Below, piece by piece: positions 36,239 through 48,229 of a DNA stretch of 64,000 nucleotides; within the stretch, counting starts at the first letter, position 1, and each line of letters opens with the position of its first letter. The notes beneath the pieces were generated by a model. The model was not told the DNA's origin. It saw only the letters and a list, made by a program, of their open reading frames with translations, and did not search any database. The stretch is from Macrostomum hystrix. Lineage: Eukaryota > Animalia > Platyhelminthes. Location: positions 124,001 through 188,000 of the forward strand of contig CATNEN010000018.1 in NCBI GenBank assembly GCA_950097015.1, written 5' to 3'. The position numbers were made by a program, and so were the translations under genes.

Positions 36239-36409
36239 CAATATTCTATTTAGCAAGCGGGTAAAGGTAGAAAGTTTGCTTGATCTTTTAGAAGCAGTGC
36301 AAGAGCAGCAGGCATTGTTGACACAGCAGCGTTTCTGGAGTCCCTTGCCATCTCGCCATGTAATGCGACTTGGAGTTCTTTAGGGCGAAGGAAAGCTAAA
36401 TTAGTCTAG

Positions 36410-37345
36410 GATTGTGGCTGAGACTGGGCCGTTGCGGCGAGACCTCATGACAGCTGAGGCTTGCACTGAGTCAACAAGGCAGGACTCGGGTCTGTTTTTT
36501 CAGCAGTATAAGAGTAAATATCTACCGAATGCACGAACCTTCGGTCGAGTTACGCGCTGTTTCTCGCTGCCTGAGTTATGTTTAAACATGGCCGAGATGT
36601 ACGTACGACAGAAATTGAACCAGGCGCAGGTCGGTGAGACGCAGGTCGGTGAGACGCAGGTCGGTGAGGCGCAGTTCGGTGAGACGCAGGTCGGTGAGAC
36701 GCAGGTCGGTGAGACGAAGGTCGGTGAGACGAAGGTCGGTGAGACGAAGGTTGGTAAGACGCAGGTCGGTGAGACGCAGGACGGTGAGATGAAGGTCGGT
36801 GAGATGAAGGTCGGTGAGGCGCAGGTCGGTGAGACGAAGGTCGGTGAGGCGCAGGTCGGTGAGGCGCAGGTCGGTGAGACGAAGGTCGGTGAGGCGCAGG
36901 TCGGTGAGACGAAGGTCGGTGAGGCGCAGGTCGGTGAGGCGCAGGTCGGTGAGGCGCAGGTCGGTGAGACGCAGGTCGATGAGACGAAGGTCGGTGAGAC
37001 GAAGGTCGATGAGACGCAGGTCGGTGAGACGCAGGTCGGTGAGGCGCAGGTCGGTGAGGCGCAGGTCCGTGAGGCGCAGGTCGATGAGACGAAGGTCGGT
37101 GAGGCGCAGGTCCGTGAGGCGCAGGTCCGTGAGGCGCCAATGGTTCGCAGAATTCGCCATTCGACCAGCAGCAACTGTGTCGCACAGCAGTCACAAGCAA
37201 TGGAGCAGCCACGCAGGCACAGCACTATCTTTCCGCAGCAACAACATCTTGTACTTCAGCGTCCTAGGCGAGGTAGAATGTTCAGTCTATTTCATTGGGA
37301 AAGCGCCGCTGAAGCTCTGCGATGGCAACAGCCAGCTGGTACAAA
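36410..37345 (+). CDS. Exon of an unknown protein with about 34 (E-T/A-Q/K-V-G) pentapeptide repeats
   Basis: Open non-repetitive flanks surround a 15-bp repeat (about 36622..37137). The donor CAAA|GTAAGA is phase 2 and matches the 37616 acceptor. The 5' end is uncertain: either ATG 36447 or acceptor 36409 with a candidate exon at 35083..35180. Confidence 0.55.
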
Positions 37346-37615
37346 GTAAGATTACGGAAATGAAAGTTAACAACTTTGCGTACCATAGCTTTCAATTAGT
37401 AGAACATTTTATGACCATATTCAATGATTGGGATTTGAGTAAACATGAATTCAAGTAAGTTGAAATTTTATTGAATCGGGATTTCAGTGAAACAATATTT
37501 CAAAAAACTGGGATTTGAAAGAATCGGGATTTAATTTTGATTTTGATTTGAGTTATTTGGGATTTCAGTGAATTGTGTTTGAGAAAGAAAGCTTGACTTT
37601 GTTGTTAATTTTCAG

Positions 37616-37619
37616 CCGT

Positions 37620-37657
<38 letters not shown>

Positions 37658-38051
37658 TCCCAGCTGCCCTACGCGCCGCTTTCAATCAGCGGACAACTAT
37701 TATCCTATAGCCTACGTGCTGCGGGAAGAGGACTTGCAGTCCGCGGACACTCACCCGGTCTCCGAGCGGACTCGCACCGTGGAGCTGCTGCCCCAGGCTG
37801 ACGGCCGGGACGCCACCGTTCGCATTGTTGCTGAAGCCCGGCTAGCGCCGACGCAGCCACCGGAGCGGCCGCCGCATCTGCCGGCGTCGCCCTACGCCTA
37901 CGTGCCGGGGCGACGGCTGGCACCGAGCCGCTCAACAGAAGCTGCTCCGTCAGAAACGAGGCGCAGGCCAGCCTCTTCAACTGTGGCAGCAGTCGGAGCG
38001 AGTGAGTCAAGCAGAGTCAGGCAGTTGGTGGCAAGGTTTCAAGATGGGTAG
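37616..38051 (+). CDS. Terminal exon of the same gene (polyQ, Pro/Ser-rich, ends SRVRQLVARFQDG)
   Basis: Acceptor TTAATTTTCAG|C completes AA+C = Asn. The exon is GC-rich and coding-like in composition. Confidence 0.6.
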
Positions 38052-38106
38052 CTGTCTACTCAAGACCCTGGCTTATCTATGGTAGAAACTGCTCGTCAAG
38101 TTGATA

Positions 38107-38312
38107 ACCTGTTCGTCAAGCTCATACCTGTTCGTCAAGCTCATACCTGTTCGTCAAGCTCATACCTGTTCGTCAAGCTCATACCTGTTCGTCAAGCTCA
38201 TACCTGTTCGTCAAGCTCATACCTGTTCGTCAAGCTCATACCTGTTCGTCAAGCTCATACCTGTTCGTCAAGCTCATACCTGTTCGTCAAGCTCATACCT
38301 GTTCGTCAAGTT
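38107..38312. repeat. 19-bp minisatellite CTGTTCGTCAAGCTCATAC
   Basis: About 11 units. Confidence 0.95.
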
Positions 38313-38994
38313 ATTACCTCCTATCCTTAAAAGTAATTGTTAAAAATGTTTTCTCATGTATGTTTGTCAAAATGGTTTAAATTTGAGGCCAAAAGTTAAA
38401 AACCTAAATTTGCAATTATCAGAGATTTGAATAAACGTTAATGTTAAAAAATATCAGTTGAAAGCTTTGGCAAATGCGTGACACTTTGATAAGTGCATGC
38501 GCATTGACATGGAAAACAGCATGGTGTTATCGTATCGAATGCGCAATAAATATTGACCCTTAACCAAAAACATCCTGCATCGAAACGATAAGGCTATAAA
38601 AAGTTAAAAGGACATGGCATCGTCTTCTACCTTTTTAGATTTTTGTGTCAGAAATTAACTAATATGTTGCACAAATTAATCAAAGATCAAGACATCCTTG
38701 TTAAAATCTATCTGTTGATTTTCAGATATCAATTTTTACGTTAATCTACTTACCTCTAGAAATCGAACCGCGAGGGTGGCTTCAAGTGTGTCACAAAATT
38801 AGTTCTTTCTTATCGTTTTATCTTATTTGTCAATTTTTTATAACTGCTACCTAATGCAGAGCTACCTAATACATTGCATTTAATTCAAGCCGTGAGCACT
38901 TAATTGCGATATTGAGGTACTGCTCAAATACACAAGTACATGATTGGGACTGCGAGCAGTTACGGGATTGCAGACAAGTCTCATAATTGAAAAC

Positions 38995-39897
38995 TCTTCT
39001 CTTCTCTTCTCTTCTTCTCTTCTCTTCTCTTCTCTTCTTCTCTTCTCTTCTCTTCTCTTATTCTCCTCTCTTCTTCTCTTCTCTTTTCCTCTTCTCTTCT
39101 TCTCTTCTCTTCTCTTCTCTTCTCCTCTCCTCTTCTCTTCTCTTCTTCTCTTCTCCTCTCTTCTCTTCTCTTCTTCTCTTCTCTTCTTCTCTTCTTCTTT
39201 CCCCTTCTCTTCTCTTCTCTCTTTTCTTCTCTCCTCTTCTCTTCTCTTCTCTTCTTCTCTTCTCTCCTCTCCTCTTCTCTTCTCTTCTCTCTTTTCTTCT
39301 CTTCTCTTCTCTTCTCTTCTCTCCTCTTCTCTTCTCTTCTCCTCTCCTCTTCTCTTCTCTTCTCTTCTCCTCTCCTCTTCTCTTCTCTTCTTCTCTTCTC
39401 CTCTTCGCTTCTTCTCTTCTCTTCTCTTCTCTTCTCTCCTCTTCTCTCCTCTTCTTTTCTCTTCTCTTCTCTTCTCTCCTCTTCTCTCCTCTTCTTTTCT
39501 CTTCTTCTCTTCTCTTCTCTTCTCTTCTTCTCTTCTCTTCTCTTCTCCTCTCCTCTCCTCTCCTCTCCTCTTCTCTCCTCTTCTCTTCTTCTCTTCTCCT
39601 CTTCTCCTCTCTTCTCTTCTCTCCTCTTCTCTCCTCTTCTCTTCTCTTCTCTTCTCTTCTCTTCTCTTCTCTTCTTCTCTTCTCCTCTCTTCTCTTCTCT
39701 CCTCTTCTCTCCTCTTCTCTTCTCTTCTCTTCTCTTCTCTTCTCTTCTCTTCTTCTCTTCTCCTCTTCTCTTCTTCTCTTCTCCTCTCTTCTCTTCTCTC
39801 CTCTTCTCTCCTCTTCTCTCCTCTTCTCTCCTCTCCTCTCCTCTTCTCTTCTCTTCTCTTCTCTTCTTCTCTTCTCCTCTTCTTTTCTTCTCTTCTC
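38995..39897. repeat. (CTCTT)n-type polypyrimidine microsatellite
   Basis: Almost pure C/T. Confidence 0.95.
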
Positions 39898-40874
39898 CTG
39901 ATGTAAAAAAACGAATCCGGCGGACACTGATTCGTCAGGCTCCATCTGATATGGTTAGGTATAAAGTGATCTGAGTCCGCCGGATTCAGATTTCATGCCC
40001 ACAGCGGATCTGAATAGGACTGTCATTTTAATGCTTATTATTTTACTACTATAAGTAAGCAGTTGAGCTTTTAAGCAATAAATCTTTTGAACCTTCGAAT
40101 CGTATTTTGATTTGACTGTGTTATATTTTCAAAATGATGATAAAACACATGGAAATTGCGGTTGCATACATCATGAATAATATAGAGCATAAGCTCATTT
40201 TTATTGGTACGAGAACGAGTATATAATTGTAATATGGAACTTTACGAATTACAATTCGCAATTTGAATTACACTTCACGTGTAGTGGCGGATCCAGGATT
40301 TTAAAAGTCCATGTAGGGTGTAGTGGAGGACATGTGAGTACAGAAGCTAGAAGCAAAGTATTTGCGTGTATGTACTGCATGTATGCGCAAGACAAGATCT
40401 TGAGAATATAATACTCTTACAGTGCTTGCATATAATTTAGAACATGGAGCAGCGCAAATGAAACTAATTTTAATGGGTGTGGAATTAAAAAAGTGGCTTA
40501 ACTTGAATGTGATGCCAGTGAAAACCCGTAACAACAGCTAGAGTTCGTGCAATTCTTTTATGCAGTTCATTAATTTAATGCACTGAGCCTCAGAGGAGTC
40601 TAAACCCCAAATGGAGTCAAACCGCAATTATTAGGTGCTTAAAAATTTGAAAAATTATGCTGGCTCACATTCCCACTCGATTCCCGCAGCACACTCCACA
40701 TCAGTGGAATATTCAAATATTCAATTTCATACTGTCTACTATGAGTAAAACGCCAAGTAGAATAGCAGATGTTTCCCACCGACTTCATTTTCATTCTTTA
40801 TTTTTGCCTTTTCGTCTGTAATACGCTTGTTTTCCAAAATTCCATTTAATTTTTTTGCATTTGAGTAAGAATGG

Positions 40875-41830
40875 TCAGAACGAGAATGGATCTGGACAAT
40901 ATATGAAAGAGTAGAATGCCCATAGTCTCTTACCTATGAAAACCTGTTTGGCATTCTCAAAGGCAAGTTGGTGCTCTATCAGCATGCAGTCCAGTACTTC
41001 CGTCCGGCATTTTTCGAGCATGCCTCGGCCACTCCAGTTCACAACGACCTGCATTCGTGGAGCCAGGCACTTGTTCATCATCCGGCGGACTGTTTCCGGC
41101 AGTGTAGCGCACCGGCAACCCAACAGATGAGGCCCCTGAGATTTTTTTCTCAAAATTAGATGTCTTCAAATCAAATATATATAAAAAGGAACATAGCACT
41201 GCTTACAAGGCTAGACTGCAACTGCCTTGATGAGATGAACTTGATGTACTCCGCCCAGGAGTCTATAGCCTCGAACTGCGGACGGTGTTGCTGAGGGTTG
41301 GAGCGACCAGCAAACGAAGCTGCGATGCCTTCTAGGAGTGGCAGCACCCGATCCTCTAGCTGCTTGATGCGACGAACTGCGTCGCAACTGCGGCGAGCAG
41401 CCAGCATGGTTAGATGCGCCACCCCACTTGCCGACTCTGCCTCTTTTCCGACACTGGACAGGTACTGACGAATGTGAAGCACTGCAGCTGGATGGAGCCT
41501 GTCGATGCCGCAGTCTCCATCGAAGCCGTCACCATCGACGCTACCTGATGTGTACGTAAGCTTCGGAGTCACTGAAGCAGCGTACGGTTTCTGCGTAGGC
41601 GCTGTTGTGGGCGTCAGCTTAGGCGGTACCGACGGCGTCACCACCATAGATCTTGGCGTCCCCACCTCATTTGTTGCACCAAGCCTTGCTGGTAGCAGCG
41701 CGGTGTTGATCGCTGGAAGAGCCACTAGTTCCGCATTGAGCGACGTTGAGGCGGTTGAGCGCCTCGGCTTCTGAGGCCGCCGGTCGGTGTTGTTGCCTCC
41801 TTCGTCGCCTGACGTGACGACGGACTGCAT
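40875..41830 (-). CDS. Spliced gene with a DUF4806-like (BEN-like, often transposon-associated) C-terminal domain
   Basis: The exon ending at 41207 (CTT|GTAAGC) joins in phase 0 to the exon starting at 41135 (TCTCAG|GGG). The latter reads LGCRCATLPETVRRMMNKCLAPRMQVVVNWSGRG. The family assignment is from recalled similarity. Both ends are uncertain; there is a candidate upstream donor AAG|GTAAGT at 42016. Confidence 0.5.
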
Positions 41831-42055
41831 GGGTTGGAGTTGTATGCTTTATTATTACAATTAGTACAGTAATAAAATTATAAATATTCATGCGTTTTAC
41901 TGCCCTTTAGTAATTTTTATATGCGCCTTTTTTATTTACAAATGTTTAATGATTTTGAGTTTCTTAACTGAATAATTGTCAAACAATTTCGTTCACAAAG
42001 GTGACATTAACTTACCTTCATACTGGCGAAGCGATTCCTTCCACCCTTGTTCACC

Positions 42056-45000
42056 CTCTTCTTTTCTTCTCTTCTTTTCTTCTCTTCTCTTCTTCTTTCC
42101 CTTCCCTTCTTCTTTCCCCTTCTCTTCCCTTCTCTTCTCTCCTCTCTTCTCTTCTTTTTTCTTCTCTTCTCTTCTTTTTTCTTCTTTTTTCTTCTCTTCT
42201 CTCTTCTCCTCTTCTCTTCTCTTCTTCCCTTCTTCTTTTTTCTTCTCTTCTCTTCTCTCTTCTCCTCTTCTCTTCTCTTCTTCCCTTCTTCTTTTTTCTT
42301 CTCTTCTCTTCTCTCTTCTCCTCTTCTCTTCTCTTCTTCCCTTCTTCTCTTCTTCTCCTCTTTTCTTCTCTTCTCTTCTCTTCTCTTCTCTTCTTCTCTT
42401 CTCCTCTCTTTTCTTCTCTTCTCTTCTCTTCTCTTCTCTTCTTCTCTTCTCCTCTCTTTTCTTCTCTTCTCTTCTCTTCTTTTTTCTTCTCTTCTCTTCT
42501 CTTCTTTTTTCTTCTCTTCTCTTCTCCTCTCTTTTCTTCTCTTCTCTTCTCTTCTCTTCTCTTCTCTTCTCTCTTCTTCTCTTCTTCTCCTCTCTTCTCT
42601 TCTCTTCTCTTCTCTTCTTCTCTTCTTCTCTCTTTTCTTCTCTTCTCTTCTCTTCTCTTCTTCTCTTCTCCTCTCTTTTCTTCTCTTCTCTTCTCTTCTC
42701 TTCTCTTCTTCTCTTTTTCTCTTCTCTTCTTCTCTTCTCTTCTTTTCTCTTCTTTTCTTCTCTTCTTTTCTTCTCTTCTCTTCTCTTCTCTTCTTCCCTT
42801 CTCCTCTTCTTCTCCTCCTCTTCTCTTCTCTTCTCTTCTCTTCTTCTCTCCTCTTCTCTTCCCTTCTCTTCTCTTCTCTTCTCTTCTCTTCTTTTCTCTT
42901 CTTTTCTTCTCTTCTTTTCTTCTCTTCTCTTCTCTTCTCTTCTTCCCTTCTCCTCTTCTTCTCCTCCTCTTCTCTTCTCTCTTCTTCTCTTCTTCTCTCC
43001 TCTTCTCTTCTCTTCTCTCCTCTTCTCTTCCCTTCTCTCCTCTTCTCTTCTCTTCTTCTCTTCTCTTCTCTTCTCCTCTTCTCTTCTCTTCTCCTCTTCT
43101 CTTCTCTTCTTCTCTTCTTCTTTCCCTTCCATTCTTCTTTCCCCTTCTCTTCTCTTCTCTTCTCTTCTTCCCTTCTCCTCTTCTTCTCCTCCTCTTCTCT
43201 TCTCTCTTCTTCTCTTCTTCTCTCCTCTTCTCTTCTCTTCTCTCCTCTTCTCTTCCCTTCTCTCCTCTTCTCTTCTCTTCTTCTCTTCTCTTCTCTTCTC
43301 CTCTTCTCTTCTCTTCTCCTCTTCTCTTCTCTTCTCTCTTCTTCTCTTCTCTTCTCTTCTCTTCTCTTCTTCTCTTTTTCTCTTCTCTTGTTCTCTTCTC
43401 TTCTTTTCTCTTCTTTTCTTCTCTTCTTTTCTTCTATTCTCTTCTCTTCTCTTCTTCCCTTCTCCTCTTCTTCTCCTCCTCTTCTCTTCTCTCTTCTTCT
43501 CTTCTTCTCTCCTCTTCTCTTCTCTTCTCTCCTCTTCTCTTCCCTCTCTTCTCTTCTCTTCTTCTCTTCTCTTCTCTTCTCCTCTTATCTTCTCTTCTCC
43601 TCTTCTCTTCTCTTCTTCTCTTCTTCTTTCCCTTCCCTTCTTCTTTCCCCTTCTCTTCTCTCCTCTTCTCTTCTCTTCTTTTCTTCTCTTCTCTTCTCTT
43701 CTTTTCTTCTCTTCTTTTCTCTTCTTTTCTTCTCTTCTTTTCTTCTCTTCTCTTCTCTTCTCTTCTTCCCTTCTCCTCTTCTTCTCCTCCTCTTCTCTTC
43801 TCTTCTCTTCTCTTCTTCTCTTTTTCTCTTCTCTTCTTCTCTTCTCTTCTTTTCTCTTCTCTTCTTCCCTTCTCCTCTTCTTCTCCTCCTATTCTCTTCT
43901 CTCTTCTTCTCTTCTTCACTCCTCTTCTCTTCTCTTCTCTCCTCTTCTCTTCCCTTCTCTCCTCTTCTCTTCCCTTCTCTTCTCTTCTCTTCTCTTCTCT
44001 TCTTTTCTCTTCTTTTCTTCTCTTCTTTTCTTCTCTTCTCTTCTCTTCTCTTCTTCCCTTCTCCTCTTCTTCTCCTCCTCTTCTCTTCTCTCTTCTTCTC
44101 TTCTTCTCTCCTCTTCTCTTCTCTTCTCTCCTCTTCTCTTCCCTTCTCTCCTCTTCTCTTCTCTTCTTCTCTTCTCTTCTCTTCTCCTCTTCTCTTCTCT
44201 TCTCCTCTTCTCTTCTCTTCTTCTCTTCTTCTTTCCCTTCCATTCTTCTTTCCCCTTCTCTTCTCTTCTCTTCTCTTCTTCCCTTCTCCTCTTCTTCTCC
44301 TCCTCTTCTCTTCTCTCTTCTTCTCTTCTTCTCTCCTCTTCTCTTCTCTTCTCTCCTCTTCTCTTCCCTTCTCTCCTCTTCTCTTCTCTTCTTCTCTTCT
44401 CTTCTCTTCTCCTCTTCTCTTCTCTTCTCCTCTTCTCTTCTCTTCTCTCTTCTTCTCTTCTCTTCTCTTCTCTTCTCTTCTTCTCTTTTTCTCTTCTCTT
44501 GTTCTCTTCTCTTCTTTTCTCTTCTTTTCTTCTCTTCTTTTCTTCTATTCTCTTCTCTTCTCTTCTTCCCTTCTCCTCTTCTTCTCCTCCTCTTCTCTTC
44601 TCTCTTCTTCTCTTCTTCTCTCCTCTTCTCTTCTCTTCTCTCCTCTTCTCTTCCCTCTCTTCTCTTCTCTTCTTCTCTTCTCTTCTCTTCTCCTCTTATC
44701 TTCTCTTCTCCTCTTCTCTTCTCTTCTTCTCTTCTTCTTTCCCTTCCCTTCTTCTTTCCCCTTCTCTTCTCTCCTCTTCTCTTCTCTTCTTTTCTTCTCT
44801 TCTCTTCTCTTCTTTTCTTCTCTTCTTTTCTCTTCTTTTCTTCTCTTCTTTTCTTCTCTTCTCTTCTCTTCTCTTCTTCCCTTCTCCTCTTCTTCTCCTC
44901 CTCTTCTCTTCTCTTCTCTTCTCTTCTTCTCTTTTTCTCTTCTCTTCTTCTCTTCTCTTCTTTTCTCTTCTCTTCTTCCCTTCTCCTCTTCTTCTCCTCC

Positions 45001-47060
45001 TATTCTCTTCTCTCTTCTTCTCTTCTTCACTCCTCTTCTCTTCTCTTCTCTCCTCTTCTCTTCCCTTCTCTCCTCTTCTCTTCTCTTCTTCTCTTCTTTC
45101 CCCTTCTCTTCTCTCCTCTTCTCTTCTCTTCTCTTCTCTTCTTTTCTTCTCTTCTTTTCTTCTCTTCTCTTCTCTTCTCTTCTTTTCTTCTCTTCTTTTC
45201 TTCTCTTCTCTTCTCTTCTTCTCTTCTCTTCTCTTCTCTTCTTTTTTCTTCTCTTCTTCTCTTCTCTTCTCTTCTCTTCTCTTCTCTTCTCCTCTTCTCT
45301 TCTCTTCTTCTCTTCTTCTTTCCCTTCCCTTCTTCTTTCCCCTTCTCTTCTCTCGTCTTCTCTTCTCTTCTTTTCTTCTCTTCTCTTCTCTTCTTCTCTT
45401 CTCTTCTTTTCTTTTTCTCTTCTTTTCTCTTCTCTTCTCTTCTTTTCTTTTCTCTTCTCCTCTTCTCTTCTCTTCTTTTTTCTTCTCTTCTCTTCTCTTC
45501 TCTTCTCTTCTCTTCTCTCCTCTTCTCTTCTCTTCTCTCCTCTTCTCTTCCCTTCTCTTCTCTTCTCTTCTCTTCTTCTCTTTTTCTCTTCTCTTCTTCT
45601 CTTCTCTTCTTTTCTCTTCTTTTCTTCTCTTCTTTTCTTCTCTTCTCTTCTCTTCTCTTCTTCCCTTCTCCTCTTCTTCTCCTCCTCTTCTCTTCTCTCT
45701 TTTTCTCTTCTTCTCTCCTCTTCTCTTCTCTTCTCTCCTCTTCTCTTCCCTTCTCTCCTCTTCTCTTCCCTTCTCTTCTCTTCTCTTCTCTTCTTCTCTT
45801 CTCTTCTCTTCTCCTTTTCTCTTCTCTTCTCCTCTTCTCCTCTCTTCTTCTCTTCTTCTTTCCCTTCGCTTCTTCTTTCCCCTTCTCTTCTCTCCTCTTC
45901 TCTTCTCTTCTCTTCTCTTCTTTTCTTCTCTTCTCTTTTCTTCTCTTCTTTTCTCTTCTTCTCTTCTCTTCTTTTCTTCTTCTCTTCTTTTCTCTTCTCT
46001 TCTCTTCTTTTCTTTTCTCTTCTCCTCTACTCTTCTCTTCTTTTTTCTTCTCTTCTCTTCTCTTCTCTTCTCTTCTTCTCTTCTTCTCTCTTTTCTTCTC
46101 TTCTCTTCTCTTCTCTTCTCTTCTTCTCTTCTCTTCTTTTCTCTTCTTTTCTTCTCTTCTTTTCTTCTCTTCTCTTCTCTTCTCTGCTTCCCTTCTCCTC
46201 TTCTTCTCCTCCTCTTCTCTTCTCTCTTCTTCTCTTCTTCTCTCCTCTTCTCTTCTCTTCTTTTCTTCTCTTCTCTTCTCTTCTCTTCTTCTCTTCTCTT
46301 CTCTTCTCTTCTTTTTTCTTCTTTTCTTCTCTTCTCTTCTCTTCTCTTCTTTTTTCTTCTCGTCTTCTCTTCTCTTCTCTTCTCTTCTTTTTTCTTCTCT
46401 TCTTCTCTTCCCTTCTCTTCTCTTCTCTTCTCTTCTCTTCTCTTCTCTTCTTCTCTTCTCTTCTCTTCTCTTCTCTTCTCTTCTCTTCTCTTCTCCTCTT
46501 CTCTTCTTCTTTCCCTTCCCTTCTTCTTTCCCCTTCTCTTCTCTTCTTTTCTTCTCTTCTTTTCTTCTCTTCTCTTCTCTTCTCTTCTTCCCTTCTCCTC
46601 TTCTTCTCCTCCTCTTCTCTTCTCTCTTCTTCTCTTCTCTTCTCTTCTCTTCTTTTCTTCTCTTCTCTTCTCTTCTTCTCTTCTCTTCTTTTCTTTTTCT
46701 CTTCTTTTCTCTTCTCTTCTCTTCTTTTCTTTTCTCTTCTCCTCTTCTCTTCTCTTCTTTTTTCTTCTCTTCTCTTCTCTTCTCTTCTCTTCTCTTCTCT
46801 CCTCTTCTCTTCTCTTCTCTCCTCTTCTCTTCCCTCTCTTCTCTTCTCTTCTTCTCTTCTCTTCTCTTCTCCTCTTATCTTCTCTTCTTTTCTTCTCTTC
46901 TCTTCTCTTCTTCTCTTCTCTTCTTTTCTTTTTCTCTTCTTTTCTCTTCTCTTCTTTTTTCTTCTCCTCTTCTCTTCTCTTCTCTTCCCTTCTCTTCTCT
47001 TCTCTTCTCTTCTCTTCTCTTCTCTCCTCTTCTCTTCTCTTCTCTCCTCTTCTCTTCCCT
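42056..47060. repeat. 5-kb (CTCTT)n/(AAGAG)n satellite with a 1111-bp internal duplication
   Basis: Rare G/A variants recur at offset 1111 (G at 43390 and 44501). Confidence 0.95.
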
Positions 47061-47064
47061 GTAG

Positions 47065-47456
47065 TGCAGAACAAATGGCCAAACGATGCTAATGAGACAC
47101 AGCAGGCACTGATCGAGGCAGTTCAACGCAACATTGAACAGGCGGAAGGTCGAGGCGAAAGCACTGAAGTGCTAGAAGAGATACTTGAGGTGCTTAAAAA
47201 TGACCCGCATGCGCTAAAGCGGTTCGCAAAGCTTACAGTCTACAGCCACTCCACGATGGGTAGCATTGTGCGCGAGAACTGGGCCTACCTGGCCCGCAAT
47301 CTGGCATCCGACATCGGCGGCATCCTTGGTCTCTGGCTAGGCGTGTCAATTATTAGCACCTTCGAGTTCTTCGAGCTATTTATCAGGCTTTTCAGTGTCA
47401 GACGAAAGCAAAACCATCAGCAACAAGCAGCCGCCGCCGATGCCGAGCTGACTTAG
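47065..47456 (+). CDS. Terminal exon of a DEG/ENaC/ASIC-family sodium channel
   Basis: Acceptor CCCTGTAG|TG. The exon reads KWP...LASDIGGILGLWLGVSIISTFEFFELF, the pre-M2/M2 signature. I did not identify upstream exons in the window. Confidence 0.8.
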
Positions 47457-48229
47457 GCCTAGACCGAAGTCAATACACAGTTTGAGGTTGTCGCCTTACA
47501 TATTTTCTATATTCTTTGAGACATCAGGCTATTGACTATTAGCTTACTATTAGCTAGAAATTGTTTTAGACAACGCCTTTTAGACTATTTAGGAACACAA
47601 AAAATAATGAATTACCAAAATAGGAAGGTGTTGTCTTTAAGGAATACTAATGAGCAAAATATAAAGGAAATTTTATTTTTCAATGATTTCCTATTACTAA
47701 GCTGGTGTAACCAATGCGATGGACCTTGCGATGAGCTGAATCCCCCGAGTTTACTGGGACTTTAACTTAAACAACCGCAATGTACGCGATAGAAGCGTGT
47801 GCTGTCTCTCAATGCCTGTTTTACAGTACACAAATCAATTTTATTTTGCTAGTCTAATTTGTACGAGACAAGTGCGCCTGTCATCGAATCTTATTAGCAG
47901 AGTCAGTTTACTGCTACTACCACACTGTATGCTATAGAATGGTCTGCTGCGTTTCTCTACCTGTAACTCATAAAATATATTGTCTACTTCGCTTTTGCTA
48001 GTGATTGTAACTACGCCTGCCACTTCATTCATGCGATTCCCTATACCTGTACTCCTCGAAATGCTGGTAGCTGTCAGAGACTAAATGGAACTCAGCGCCA
48101 CCTATAATCTGTCAATCGATAAAGCTAATCAGTGATAAGATTACTTTGCGTGCAGATATGCCCATGAAGTACTCATTTACATGAAGTTAAGCAAATTCTC
48201 TGATTTCAGAAATTTACTTTCGAGGAAGA

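Noticed and set aside
38890-38977. Cys-containing frame (RYCSNT...DCEQLRDCRQ) as an upstream DEG/ENaC exon
   Set aside because: Splice sites are weak, the phase does not match the 47065 exon, and the similarity is insufficient.
39913-39987. 13-bp inverted repeat GAATCCGGCGGAC
   Set aside because: No TSD or second copy is visible. It is probably a MITE remnant and is not supportable as a feature.
41976-47060. 1681-1826 aa F/S/L-rich and E/K/R-rich ORFs
   Set aside because: These are translations of (CTCTT)n, which lacks stop codons. Only 47065..47456 is a real exon.
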